Shown: positions 1 through 9,105, counted from the first letter of the stretch. The stretch is DNA of 30,359 bases from an uncultured Candidatus Saccharibacteria bacterium (GCA_964544555.1 CAZJBF010000004.1:1-30359), one strand, 5' to 3'. Notes: generated from the sequence alone by a model not told the origin. Program-made: numbers and translations.

Positions 1-1
1 A

Positions 2-424
2 TGTTTGATTCTCAGATATAAAATCAAAATCATTATTCTCGTAATATCTAAAAAACTTTTTTCCTGATATACTTTCCAACAAATTACCTATTAAAAATTC
101 TTCATGTCTATATCTTCCATCCGGACCAATACCTAACCTTCGCTGATTCTCCTCTAAAGGATGTTCACCACATACATAACCCTTTTTAAGAGAAAGTAGT
201 GTTTGAACTAGAATATCTTCAGATGAATTATCCTTTTCCAAAAGGGCATTAACAAGTTGAGTTTTTTTCTTTAGTGATATTCCTCTTCTAGATAAATCAG
301 AAAGTACATACAGTGAAGATATTTTATCTTGTGTTGCAATTACTCTTCTAGTTGTTTCAATTGCAGATGACGGGTATATGAATATATTATCATAAATTTG
401 TAAATTTTGAACTACTTGTATGAG
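2..424 (-). CDS. Partial hypothetical ORF running off the left edge
   Basis: Hand translation: 141 stop-free codons (LIQVVQNLQIYDNIFIYPSSAIETTRRVIATQ...ENNDFDFISENQT). No in-frame ATG; nearest ATG (434) is in another frame. No recognisable motif. Confidence 0.4.
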
Positions 425-582
425 CTACATACATATACTCTAAGATTAATATAAAAGGAATACCTTAATTGTTCTCTCTAATACTATAAAAGTTATCTAT
501 TTTGAATCGTACATTTCATAATTATCCCAACTAAGATATTGAGCTGTACAGTTTAATTATAGATGCTATGGACTATTTCAAG

Positions 583-1983
583 TTATATACTATATTTTCT
601 TTTGTAAATTACTGTTCCTATTAAACCAACCAAAGAAATAGAACCTAAAGCAATCCATGTTACTATTCCATCATAAGTTTCTGGATTTGCTTCAGTAACT
701 TGATCTGCTATTTCTTCTGATAATGTATAGATACTGAAGTGGTTTGTTGTAAATACAGCATAACCATTACTTACAGAAACTTCATGCTCTTCTACATCAC
801 CTTCTGAAGGAACATAGTAAACTATCAAATCTTTTCCTTCTAATTTTGAAGGAACAGGAACCTTTACTTCAAATGTTCCATTTGATAATTCAGTAATATT
901 ACTATTTAACGATTTAGAATATAACTTTAAATCAAACATCTGTACATCTTCATTATTTAAAGTTTCTACTATCTCATCATATTCATCTCCACTAGTTAAT
1001 ATATTCGCATTGATAGCAGAATCTAATGGGATATCTGGAATCAAAGTACTAATTTGTGCGTTAGTTATTAAATCTTGTGTTATTAAACTAGGAGTTACCA
1101 TCTTAGTACTATCAGCAATTATTAAGAAATTGTAGCTAGTCTCTTCGTAAGTCAATGTATAATATCGATCAACACCACTTACTTCTAGTTCTTCCAAAAT
1201 AGATGCCAAATCTTCAGGATCAGGAATTAAACTTGATAATTCTCCTCCTGTAGATAAAACTACCTCACTGTTACCCAAATAACTATTAATTCTCTCTTGT
1301 GCTACTTCCATATATTCATCTTCTGCAGTATCAGTTGGAACATAAAGAATATTTTTATGTCTAACTGTAACAAATGGTTTGTAACCATATCCGACATCAT
1401 TGAACCTTAAAACAATATCTCCAGATGCCATTTTGTAAAGAGGAGCGTCTGACCCTGCAGCTGTTGCTGTTCTGAAATCGACAAAGATATTTGAATTCTC
1501 CAACTTATTTTTTAATTCACCGGAGTAATTTGCCATCATAACTCTATCAGCAATCGTACCTGAATATACTCTAGTACTATTGGTTATATAGTTTATTACT
1601 TCTAAATCATTTATATCGAATACTGCATTATCTCCCATAGAATCTATAAAACTATCTACCCTGCTTTTCACAACACTATTAGTTGGCTGATATACTATTT
1701 CCAAGGTTTCAGTCGAAGAACTGGAATCAGAAAAATAGGCAGAAACTTCACAAACGGAAAAATCAGAATTACATGAATTTGCAGTACCACTAAGAACTCC
1801 CTCTTTGCCCATTAGATAGGAGCCAATATAGTCATATGCCTCTTCCCAACTGGTTGGACTAATAGAGTTTACTTCCAACTTTCCATCTACTAAATAATCA
1901 TTAACACTAGCAGCATATGCTTTTGATGAGAATAAAAAACTTAAAGTTACAACACTTAGAATGGTTAAAACTTTTCTATTCAT
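583..1983 (-). CDS. Secreted cell-wall-anchored surface protein, putative class B sortase substrate
   Basis: Signal peptide ending AYA-A; C-terminal NPETYDG + hydrophobic helix + KRK tail; FTTNHFSIYTL module before the anchor, typical of Firmicutes surface proteins. Confidence 0.8.
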   Translation of the reverse strand: MNRKVLTILSVVTLSFLFSSKAYAASVNDYLVDGKLEVNSISPTSWEEAYDYIGSYLMGKEGVLSGTANSCNSDFSVCEVSAYFSDSSSSTETLEIVYQPTNSVVKSRVDSFIDSMGDNAVFDINDLEVINYITNSTRVYSGTIADRVMMANYSGELKNKLENSNIFVDFRTATAAGSDAPLYKMASGDIVLRFNDVGYGYKPFVTVRHKNILYVPTDTAEDEYMEVAQERINSYLGNSEVVLSTGGELSSLIPDPEDLASILEELEVSGVDRYYTLTYEETSYNFLIIADSTKMVTPSLITQDLITNAQISTLIPDIPLDSAINANILTSGDEYDEIVETLNNEDVQMFDLKLYSKSLNSNITELSNGTFEVKVPVPSKLEGKDLIVYYVPSEGDVEEHEVSVSNGYAVFTTNHFSIYTLSEEIADQVTEANPETYDGIVTWIALGSISLVGLIGTVIYKRKYSI

Positions 1984-2085
1984 GAAGCATTACATTTATA
2001 ATTTAACTTGATCAGTTTTTTTGTTCCGGTATTAACTATAATAACATATAAAAAATATTTGTCCATTTTTGTATAATAAATTATT

Positions 2086-2937
2086 ATGTTGATTACAAAG
2101 ATTAGAAAAGAAAGGAGATTAGAACAGAGATACAATAAAAAGTTATTATATTCCTTAATTATCATATTCATAATTTTGATATTACTATCTTGTTTTAAGG
2201 TAATAAGACACTATTTAGATGATAAAAAAACAATTAATCAACTTGATGAGATAAATGATGTAGTAGCAATAGAAGAAATAGATAATGATGAAGAGGATAT
2301 GGAAATAATTGAGCAGGAAGAAAAGATAGAAGAATCTAATCCATATTGGGATTATATAAAAATGAATATTATTGATGTTGATTTTAATGAGTTAAAGAAA
2401 ATAAATAAGGATATAAGAGGATGGATTCAAGTAAATGGAACTAATATTAATTATCCTTTTTTCCAAACAGATAATAATTCTTTCTATCTAAATCATTCTC
2501 TTGATAGATCATATAACTCAGCTGGATGGATATTTTTGGATTATCGAAATAATATATCTAGTGATGATAGGAATACCATTATTTATGGTCATGGAAGAGT
2601 AAGTCCTGTTATGTTTGGTTCGTTGAAGAATATTCTTACAAATGGATGGTTAAATAATTCTTCTAATTATGTCGTTAAATTATCTACAGAATATCAAAAT
2701 ACATTGTGGCAAGTATTTAGTGTATATCATATACCTACTACATCTGATTATATTCAAACAAGTTTTAAATCGGATAGAGAATATAATACTTTTATAAATA
2801 TGATTCTTAATAGAAGTGCTTTTAACTTTGATACTACAGTTTCCACTAGTGATAGAATATTAACCTTATCTACTTGTTACAATGATAATGATAAGGTTGT
2901 ATTACATGCAAAATTAATTAAGAAAGAAAATAAATAA
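2086..2937 (+). CDS. srtB: Class B sortase
   Basis: N-terminal TM; GWIQVNGTNINYP, YLNHSLD, GWIFLDYRN, NTIIYGH, MFGSL and TLSTC motifs of SrtB. Confidence 0.9.
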   Translation: MLITKIRKERRLEQRYNKKLLYSLIIIFIILILLSCFKVIRHYLDDKKTINQLDEINDVVAIEEIDNDEEDMEIIEQEEKIEESNPYWDYIKMNIIDVDFNELKKINKDIRGWIQVNGTNINYPFFQTDNNSFYLNHSLDRSYNSAGWIFLDYRNNISSDDRNTIIYGHGRVSPVMFGSLKNILTNGWLNNSSNYVVKLSTEYQNTLWQVFSVYHIPTTSDYIQTSFKSDREYNTFINMILNRSAFNFDTTVSTSDRILTLSTCYNDNDKVVLHAKLIKKENK

Positions 2938-2962
2938 GATAGTTTAGTTTACCTATTAATAA

Positions 2963-3384
2963 TGGTGGAGACGATGGGAATTGAACCCATGTCCAAAAGT
3001 GTCATCTAAAACCATGTACAAACATATCTAACCCTGCATAGTAAAATATTTCTAAAAGGATTAGCGAAAAGAAATATTTCCTCAGTTATATTTCTCAATC
3101 AATTATCTTACTGACCAGACAATTAATCATACCTCGATAACGACTATCTAAAACCCCCTATCAAGGAAAGAGATAATAGACATTAGTCAAAATTAATTGA
3201 CTAAACCTTAAGCAAAGTTATACTCGTAAGCTGGAGTAGCAAAAGCTGCTCTAAACTTAGCTGTAAATTCTTTAGCCAAGGCGACAATGTTATTTTTTAC
3301 ACTTATTCTTGTGTGTTGGATAACGCACCAACGAACGGTTTGTGATTAAAAGAATCTAGCTTCTGTCGAAAGCCTTACGTCCCC
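2963..3384 (-). ncRNA. ssrA: tmRNA (422 nt)
   Basis: 5' GGGGACG pairs with 3' CGTCTCC-ACCA including the G3.U alanine identity pair; T-arm ATGGGTTCAATTCCCAT; internal tag ORF 3300->3208. Confidence 0.93.
3208..3300 (-). other. tmRNA tag reading frame (A)VKNNIVALAKEFTAKFRAAFATPAYEYNFA*
   Basis: Hand translation; resume codon placed after AATAAGT (inferred); followed by hairpin TTAGTCAA/TTGACTAA (3183-3204). Confidence 0.7.
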
Positions 3385-3405
3385 ATATTGATAAAGAACA
3401 ACGAT

Positions 3406-3414
3406 ATTATACCA
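3406..3414 (-). promoter_or_regulatory. Extended -10 promoter of ssrA (TGGTATAAT)
   Basis: TG-n-TATAAT 21 nt upstream of the mature tmRNA 5' end. Confidence 0.6.
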
Positions 3415-3415
3415 T

Positions 3416-3715
3416 TTATTTATATACTTTTGAACTACCTGAATGACCACCAATTCTAAATAATATGACTCTATTTCCATCTCTTATATCCCAAAGTATT
3501 CTAATATCACCTGTAACCATTGTGCTATATACTCTTCCAAAAGAACGAATCTTGACAATATGGGTATTTAGAGAAGAAGAAAATGGGTCTATCTCCATCT
3601 TCTTTAAACATATACTTACCTTTTTCTTCAAAATATTATTCTTCTTAGTTAAGTTTTTCTGCTCTCTAACAAATCTAGATGTAACTTTTAATTTATAGTC
3701 AATATTACTCATCAT
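3416..3715 (-). CDS. Type II toxin, RelE/YafQ-like mRNA interferase
   Basis: 99 aa, basic; LNTH..., GDIRILW and C-terminal RIGGHS resembling YafQ RIGTHS; overlaps upstream antitoxin by 11 bp. Confidence 0.8.
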   Translation of the reverse strand: MMSNIDYKLKVTSRFVREQKNLTKKNNILKKKVSICLKKMEIDPFSSSLNTHIVKIRSFGRVYSTMVTGDIRILWDIRDGNRVILFRIGGHSGSSKVYK

Positions 3716-4016
3716 CGTCTAGAGAAGCAAAGTAAGCATCTATCTCCTCAGGACTACTTAGAGTAGTACACTTTCCCTCCTCATACTCTTTTATACCCTC
3801 TTTAATTGTATCTACCAATTCTTTGTCATCAATATATTCTGTTGTACCTAAATAGAAATCTTCTCTATCAATATCTTTCGTCAAAACATATCTCACATAT
3901 TCAGGAAATGAATATCCAAACATCTTGGCCCTACTGTCTACCATATCCATCAACTTACTTGGAAAAGTAATCTGTCTTGTCACACTTTTTCTGTAATCAA
4001 TATTTTTCTTACCCAT
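3705..4016 (-). CDS. Cognate antitoxin, ribbon-helix-helix-like N-terminus, acidic C-terminus
   Basis: RQITFP strand + helices (SFPEYVRYVL); acidic tail; directly upstream of the toxin. Confidence 0.7.
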   Translation of the reverse strand: MGKKNIDYRKSVTRQITFPSKLMDMVDSRAKMFGYSFPEYVRYVLTKDIDREDFYLGTTEYIDDKELVDTIKEGIKEYEEGKCTTLSSPEEIDAYFASLDDDE

Positions 4017-4026
4017 TTATATATAC

Positions 4027-4048
4027 TTTGTATAATTTAGTATACAAA
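4027..4048. promoter_or_regulatory. Palindromic operator upstream of the TA operon
   Basis: TTTGTATA-N6-TATACAAA perfect inverted repeat overlapping a minus-strand TATACT -10; extra TATACAA half-site at 4063-4069. Confidence 0.55.
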
Positions 4049-4081
4049 TATAACACAAATGATATACAATGGCAAAAATAT

Positions 4082-5314
4082 CTAACTATTTCTCCCTATT
4101 AAATCTTTATAGAAATATCCACTCTTCCTTACCTTCCTTTTCATACTAACAGGATCTATAGAGGCTAAACCAAACTTAGGCCAAAATCCATCTGTCCACT
4201 CAAAATTATCCAACAAAGACCAATGCATATACCCAATCAAATTAACACCACTCTTCAAGGCATTCTCCATAGCATTAAAACTCTCATCCAACCACCACTC
4301 CCTATACTGATCCAAATAGTCAGCAACACCATTCTCCGTTATCATAACTGGCAAATTAAAACATTTCAAATCCATCAGAACATTATACAAAGACCCTGGT
4401 TTCATCCACCAACCCATATCAGAAACCCTATCATTATCATTCCTAATACCTCTCACCCCTATCTTGTTATGAAAATAAAAATTAATACCAATAAAATCTA
4501 GGCTATTAGATACAAATCTTAAATACAAAATATTTTCGAAAAAATGATAAACCTTAGAAATAAAAACATTAATTAATCTCCTGTCATATGGTTCAACAAA
4601 AGAATTATTCTTAGACACACCTATCATAGCCTCTGGATTAATTTTCTTAATCTCATAGTATCCCACCTTATGTAGGTTAACCATTCTAAAATAGTAAAGA
4701 TACAATGTTTTAAAAATATTCCTTTTACATGGAGGCCACACACCAGACAAATATGAATTATACGAAATAACATCTGGTTCATTAAGTGTAATCCAATATT
4801 TAACATCGTTACCAAAATTCTCTGCTAAAATCTTGAAATACTCTCTAAAGTACACAACTATGCTCTTAGACATCAAACCACCTTCCTCTTCAAGCCACAA
4901 AGGTAAAGTCCAATGCCAACATGTTAAAACAGGCTCTATACCATTCCCCTTCAACTCTTTAATCAATTTTCTGTAATATTCCAAACCATATTCAGATACT
5001 TCCCCTTTCTTAGGAAAGATTCTCGACCACTCGACAGAAAACCTGTAACTATTCATACCTAGCTCATTCAATACACCAATATCTTCTTTCCACATTCTAA
5101 AGCTATCACAGGCCTCCCCAGACAGTCTTTTAGAGATGTCCGTAGCTTCATTCAGTAAACCCTTAGGAAATTCATACCAAGTAGGAACATTTCTAACTCT
5201 TTCTTCAGCAGTTTTCTTCTCCCACTCTGACCAATTATTAACATTTTCTCCCTCTATTTGATAACTTGATGTAGATGCTCCCCAAAGAAAACCTTTTGGA
5301 AATATACTACCCAT
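4082..5314 (-). CDS. Glycoside hydrolase family 1 (beta-glucosidase-like)
   Basis: FLWGASTSSYQIEG, YRFSVEWSRI, TLNEP (acid/base), ITENG (nucleophile), DNFEW motifs; no signal peptide. Confidence 0.95.
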   Translation of the reverse strand: MGSIFPKGFLWGASTSSYQIEGENVNNWSEWEKKTAEERVRNVPTWYEFPKGLLNEATDISKRLSGEACDSFRMWKEDIGVLNELGMNSYRFSVEWSRIFPKKGEVSEYGLEYYRKLIKELKGNGIEPVLTCWHWTLPLWLEEEGGLMSKSIVVYFREYFKILAENFGNDVKYWITLNEPDVISYNSYLSGVWPPCKRNIFKTLYLYYFRMVNLHKVGYYEIKKINPEAMIGVSKNNSFVEPYDRRLINVFISKVYHFFENILYLRFVSNSLDFIGINFYFHNKIGVRGIRNDNDRVSDMGWWMKPGSLYNVLMDLKCFNLPVMITENGVADYLDQYREWWLDESFNAMENALKSGVNLIGYMHWSLLDNFEWTDGFWPKFGLASIDPVSMKRKVRKSGYFYKDLIGRNS

Positions 5315-6041
5315 TCCTCCTCCTTACCTCCCACAACCCTATACTTGTTGCAACAGACAAATTCAAAGAATCAATATCTTTAGAATGAGGTATATATACA
5401 CTCTGTCCAATATTTTTGTATCTAGAATCTAACCCTCTACCCTCATTACCTTGTATGAAAGATATGGGATATACAAACTCAACATCTCTAATATCTTTAG
5501 CTCCGTCTAACATAAATGGATACATATTATGATTAGAAAATATCTCTAAATACTCCTCAATACTATTGAAATATTCAAAATTAATATGGAATATAGCTCC
5601 CATTGTTGATCTAACAACCATAGGATCAAAGATATCAACTCCAGGACGTATAATGGCTAAATCTTTAAAATCAAATCCTAACATAGTACGAATAATCGTA
5701 CCTAAATTGCCCATATTACTAGGTTCTACCAAAACAACATGATTATCTTCACTACTCAAACTACACTCATATTTCTTGAATATACCAACAACATACGTAT
5801 TTTCCTTGTATGCAATTTTTTCAATAGCCCTGCTATTCTCCTCAAAAAGAATATTTTCATTTTTACAAAAATCTAAAATTTCACTTACTCCATCACTCTT
5901 CAAACCATCCTCCTTAACAAGAACCTTAAGAACCTTCTCTTTGTGATATTCAAGTAAATCAAGTGTAGGATATGCACCAAAGGAATATGAAAAATCAAAC
6001 TTTTTCTGATACCTCTTTAATTTTGGTAAAAATATTCCCAT
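5307..6041 (-). CDS. TrmH/SpoU-family RNA methyltransferase
   Basis: NLGTIIRT, GNEGRG and SLNLSVA SPOUT motifs. Confidence 0.9.
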   Translation of the reverse strand: MGIFLPKLKRYQKKFDFSYSFGAYPTLDLLEYHKEKVLKVLVKEDGLKSDGVSEILDFCKNENILFEENSRAIEKIAYKENTYVVGIFKKYECSLSSEDNHVVLVEPSNMGNLGTIIRTMLGFDFKDLAIIRPGVDIFDPMVVRSTMGAIFHINFEYFNSIEEYLEIFSNHNMYPFMLDGAKDIRDVEFVYPISFIQGNEGRGLDSRYKNIGQSVYIPHSKDIDSLNLSVATSIGLWEVRRRNG

Positions 6042-6044
6042 GTA

Positions 6045-6965
6045 CTACTTCCTCTTCTTCCCAACATTAATCTTTTTTCCCTTACTCTTCTCAACAAGAT
6101 CCCATTTCTCTTTCCTAATAACTAGATATGCCTCTTCTACTTTCTTCTTAGTCAATACTAATTCATTCTTAATTTCAATTTCTTTAGCATACAATTCACT
6201 AATGCTATTCAAAAAACCAATTAGTAATGAAATATATCCAAAAAATTGTGACAATACAGAAAGATTTACCATATTTTCAAATTCCAAATTCAGGAAAGGT
6301 AAGTAGAATATTTGTGAGAGTATGAAGAAACATATTCCAAATATTAGCCAGAAATCAAAATTGTCATACAACCAATTTTTTCTGAAAAAATACCCTGCAA
6401 GAGAACCAATTAAAAACATTAAAGCTACTACACTAACTATGATTGTTAAAATTGATTCAGTTACGATATTGGTTGACAACAGGAATATGAGACCAAAGAC
6501 AAAAAAGAAAGAAAGAAAAAGAGTTATATATATTACTAGGAGTTCTTTCTTCTTTTGTTTTCCAGTTTCTTTTGTGAAGAACCAGCTCAGAAATAGCAAT
6601 AGGGCTAGGAAACCTTTAGAGAAAACAGCTTTCAAAGAATATGCTTCCATTGTAGGTGCAAATAGATTACTAAATTCTCCAATATCAAGAATTAAGGAGA
6701 ATATATCTAGTAGCCCTATACCAACAAATCCCATTCCTATGAAGAGAAATTTTAAAGAAATTCTTTGTGTGTAATACCTTAGTAAAGATATTAATCCTGC
6801 AAATATTGCAAAGATACCAGAGAGTAGAACAACAAAATTTCTAAAATCTTTCAACCATATGATATTCCCAATATATGATGCAAAGAAAAGAAATGCTAAG
6901 AGGGATATTAGCATCATTAAGAACTGAAGTTTAACATGTTTTGAATCTAATAATTTTTCTTTCAT
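6045..6965 (-). CDS. Multi-pass membrane protein, MASE3-like sensor domain without output domain
   Basis: About 7 hydrophobic segments; LLRYYTQR...FLFIGMGFVGIGLLD resembles MASE3 by recall; short charged coiled-coil tail. Confidence 0.5.
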   Translation of the reverse strand: MKEKLLDSKHVKLQFLMMLISLLAFLFFASYIGNIIWLKDFRNFVVLLSGIFAIFAGLISLLRYYTQRISLKFLFIGMGFVGIGLLDIFSLILDIGEFSNLFAPTMEAYSLKAVFSKGFLALLLFLSWFFTKETGKQKKKELLVIYITLFLSFFFVFGLIFLLSTNIVTESILTIIVSVVALMFLIGSLAGYFFRKNWLYDNFDFWLIFGICFFILSQIFYLPFLNLEFENMVNLSVLSQFFGYISLLIGFLNSISELYAKEIEIKNELVLTKKKVEEAYLVIRKEKWDLVEKSKGKKINVGKKRK

Positions 6966-6983
6966 TCTTTTTATGATGATAAT

Positions 6984-7529
6984 TTAATATACATATTTCG
7001 TAAAAGAAATAGAGATGTTTCTTTCTGCATATGGAGCACATATTGTTACTTGCCCTGCTCCGTCATGAGCTATGAAGTAACCAGTTCCATTAATTGTCTT
7101 ATTCTCAGGATCAATTGGCAAAGAGATTATTTGTTGTATATCTTCTCCTTCAGACATCTCAGAGAGATTTACAAGGCCAGTACAATCGTATGGACCTGCT
7201 TTACATATTTCATGTCCAACCTTTACACATTCATCGCTAGTAGGTATTTCTGTAGGTACTTCTCCTGTTTCTTGTACATAGCTGTATATGGAAGTTAATA
7301 ATGATGATATGTCTGCGGTACGACGAATATTTCTAGTATCAGAACCTTCTTTGTCAGGATTAATAAATAGGTAGCCTAGAAATCCAACAACAAAGAGAGC
7401 AGATATTATTACCAAAAAATCTAGAAAAGAGAATCCTTTTTGTATTTCTTCTTTTACAGGAATAAATATATTCTCCCTATTTTCCATTTGTGGGAAAGTT
7501 GAGTTTTGAGCAGTTACAAATTGTTCCAT
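6984..7529 (-). CDS. Type IV pilin-like protein
   Basis: QKG|FSFLDFLVII prepilin-like motif + TM helix, four Cys in the globular part. Start moved from 7583 to ATG 7529 because a -10-like TATTAT lies just upstream of it. Confidence 0.65.
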   Translation of the reverse strand: MEQFVTAQNSTFPQMENRENIFIPVKEEIQKGFSFLDFLVIISALFVVGFLGYLFINPDKEGSDTRNIRRTADISSLLTSIYSYVQETGEVPTEIPTSDECVKVGHEICKAGPYDCTGLVNLSEMSEGEDIQQIISLPIDPENKTINGTGYFIAHDGAGQVTICAPYAERNISISFTKYVY

Positions 7530-7666
7530 ACAATAATAATACATAAGTTTTTGAAAAAGTTCTACAAACAAATTAATAAACACTAAATACTATTACCTAT
7601 AGTTCGATAATTAAAAAATATAGTAATTTAATTTCTTAAAAATCTTTTATTAAAGGTATTTTTTAC

Positions 7667-7709
7667 ATATACACAAGAGTTATCCACACCTTTTTAGAAT
7701 AGTGGAAAA
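7667..7709. promoter_or_regulatory. Satellite DnaA-box cluster
   Basis: TTATCCACA (7680-7688, perfect), ATATACACA (7667-7675), AGTGGAAAA (7701-7709). Confidence 0.45.
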
Positions 7710-7959
7710 CAAATGTAAGAAATTTGAATAACTAAAACTATGAGATCAAATAAAAATTGGATAGAAAGTATCACATCTCAGATATAATCTGAATGATGAA
7801 TTAAAATATAAATAGAGTAATCTTTGAAGAAGGTTTAGATTCTTTGGATTTAGGATTGATAACTTGAGGAGTATATTCAAAATATTTAGAAATCAGTTGC
7901 TGTAGAAATCAAAAGTCTAAAACCTTCAACTTTACTATTATTTCAAAAAAACAATTACA

Positions 7960-8049
7960 TGGCGGAGGGAGAGGGATTCGAACCCCCGGTCTGGAAACCC
8001 AGACAGAGCTTTTCGAGAGCTCCCCTATCGACCACTCAGGCATCCCTCC
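7960..8049 (-). tRNA. tRNA-Ser(CGA)
   Basis: GGAGGGA acceptor, anticodon arm GAGCT-CT-CGA-AA-AGCTC, long variable arm, GTTCGAATC, encoded CCA. Confidence 0.95.
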
Positions 8050-8054
8050 ATAAC

Positions 8055-8729
8055 TTAAACCTTCTCTAAAGGAATATATTCACCATAACTAATCTTATCT
8101 ATCCTACCCTGTTTCCTCACATCTTTGTAAAGTAATCTTTCCTGTAATAAAACAAATAATGCATCCTTATCCTTCTCTGATACTAAAAGTGTTAAAAGGT
8201 TAGGAAAATTCAATTTAGTTTCAATTAACAAAAAAAAAGCATCCTCTTTTTTACAAAAATAGAAAGAATCAAGCATATACCACTCATACAACTTATCATA
8301 TGTATCAATACCTCTTGCAGTCACCTTATGTTTAACCAAATTAGGCTTAGTAGTACCAGAGACATAAAGCAAGAAAAGTGCAGCTATCATTGCTACCATC
8401 ATGAAATAATGACCTAATATTGCTAAAAGAAGTATAAATACCAAAGACATAACAACAACCATCAAAAATCCTTTGTTATTAAATTTGACTTGATACCTAT
8501 CATTAGCTTCCCATTCAAATAGCTTAATATTTTGTACAACCTCTTTCTCCTGAACAGGATCCACTTCTAACTTAACAGAACCTTTAACTATTTCAGCTCT
8601 TCTTTTGTTTTTTTCTTCCTTAATAGCATTCCTTTTCGCTTCTTGTATAACCCTCTCCTTCTCTCTAAGAGACTTCTCACCTGAAATAATATCGTAAAAC
8701 TTATCTAATGTATTTTTTTCTTTTTCCAT
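8055..8729 (-). CDS. Hypothetical membrane protein (DUF5673-like by recall)
   Basis: Charged N-terminus, two adjacent TM helices, small soluble C-terminal domain. Start moved from 8747 to ATG 8729 (TG-T-TATATT 8 nt upstream). Confidence 0.6.
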   Translation of the reverse strand: MEKEKNTLDKFYDIISGEKSLREKERVIQEAKRNAIKEEKNKRRAEIVKGSVKLEVDPVQEKEVVQNIKLFEWEANDRYQVKFNNKGFLMVVVMSLVFILLLAILGHYFMMVAMIAALFLLYVSGTTKPNLVKHKVTARGIDTYDKLYEWYMLDSFYFCKKEDAFFLLIETKLNFPNLLTLLVSEKDKDALFVLLQERLLYKDVRKQGRIDKISYGEYIPLEKV

Positions 8730-8733
8730 ATGA

Positions 8734-9105
8734 CTATAATATAACAAAAAGAAGTATTAATACAACAATTAACAAAGGAATTCCAAAAGTAATCTCCAAT
8801 ATGTGAAAAAAATGAAGAACAAAAACAATTAGTAAACCTAATGTAATTATTCCTGAGTATTTAATACATCTAAAAGATTTCTTCTTTAGGATTTTTTCTT
8901 TATCAAAAATACAAAAAATTAAATAGGTTAATATTGAAAAAAAAGAAAATATTGCAACTAAAGAAAGAATAATTGTAGATAATATATTTATCCAATTATT
9001 CTCCCCTATTGTATCTATTGGTAAGAAATTAGGATTATTCAATAAATAATACAAAAATCCTACTGAGAAAATAAATAGGAATATTTGAGAAGAAAGAAAT
9101 TTCAT
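8734..9105 (-). CDS. Hypothetical small membrane protein
   Basis: 123 aa, about 4 hydrophobic segments. Confidence 0.65.
   Translation of the reverse strand: MKFLSSQIFLFIFSVGFLYYLLNNPNFLPIDTIGENNWINILSTIILSLVAIFSFFSILTYLIFCIFDKEKILKKKSFRCIKYSGIITLGLLIVFVLHFFHILEITFGIPLLIVVLILLFVIL

Noticed and set aside
7790-7935. Pseudogene fragment FLQQLISKYFEYTPQVINPKSKESKPSSKITLFIF downstream of tRNA-Ser(CGA)
   Set aside because: Only 35 codons, no start codon, no recognisable motif; indistinguishable from chance.
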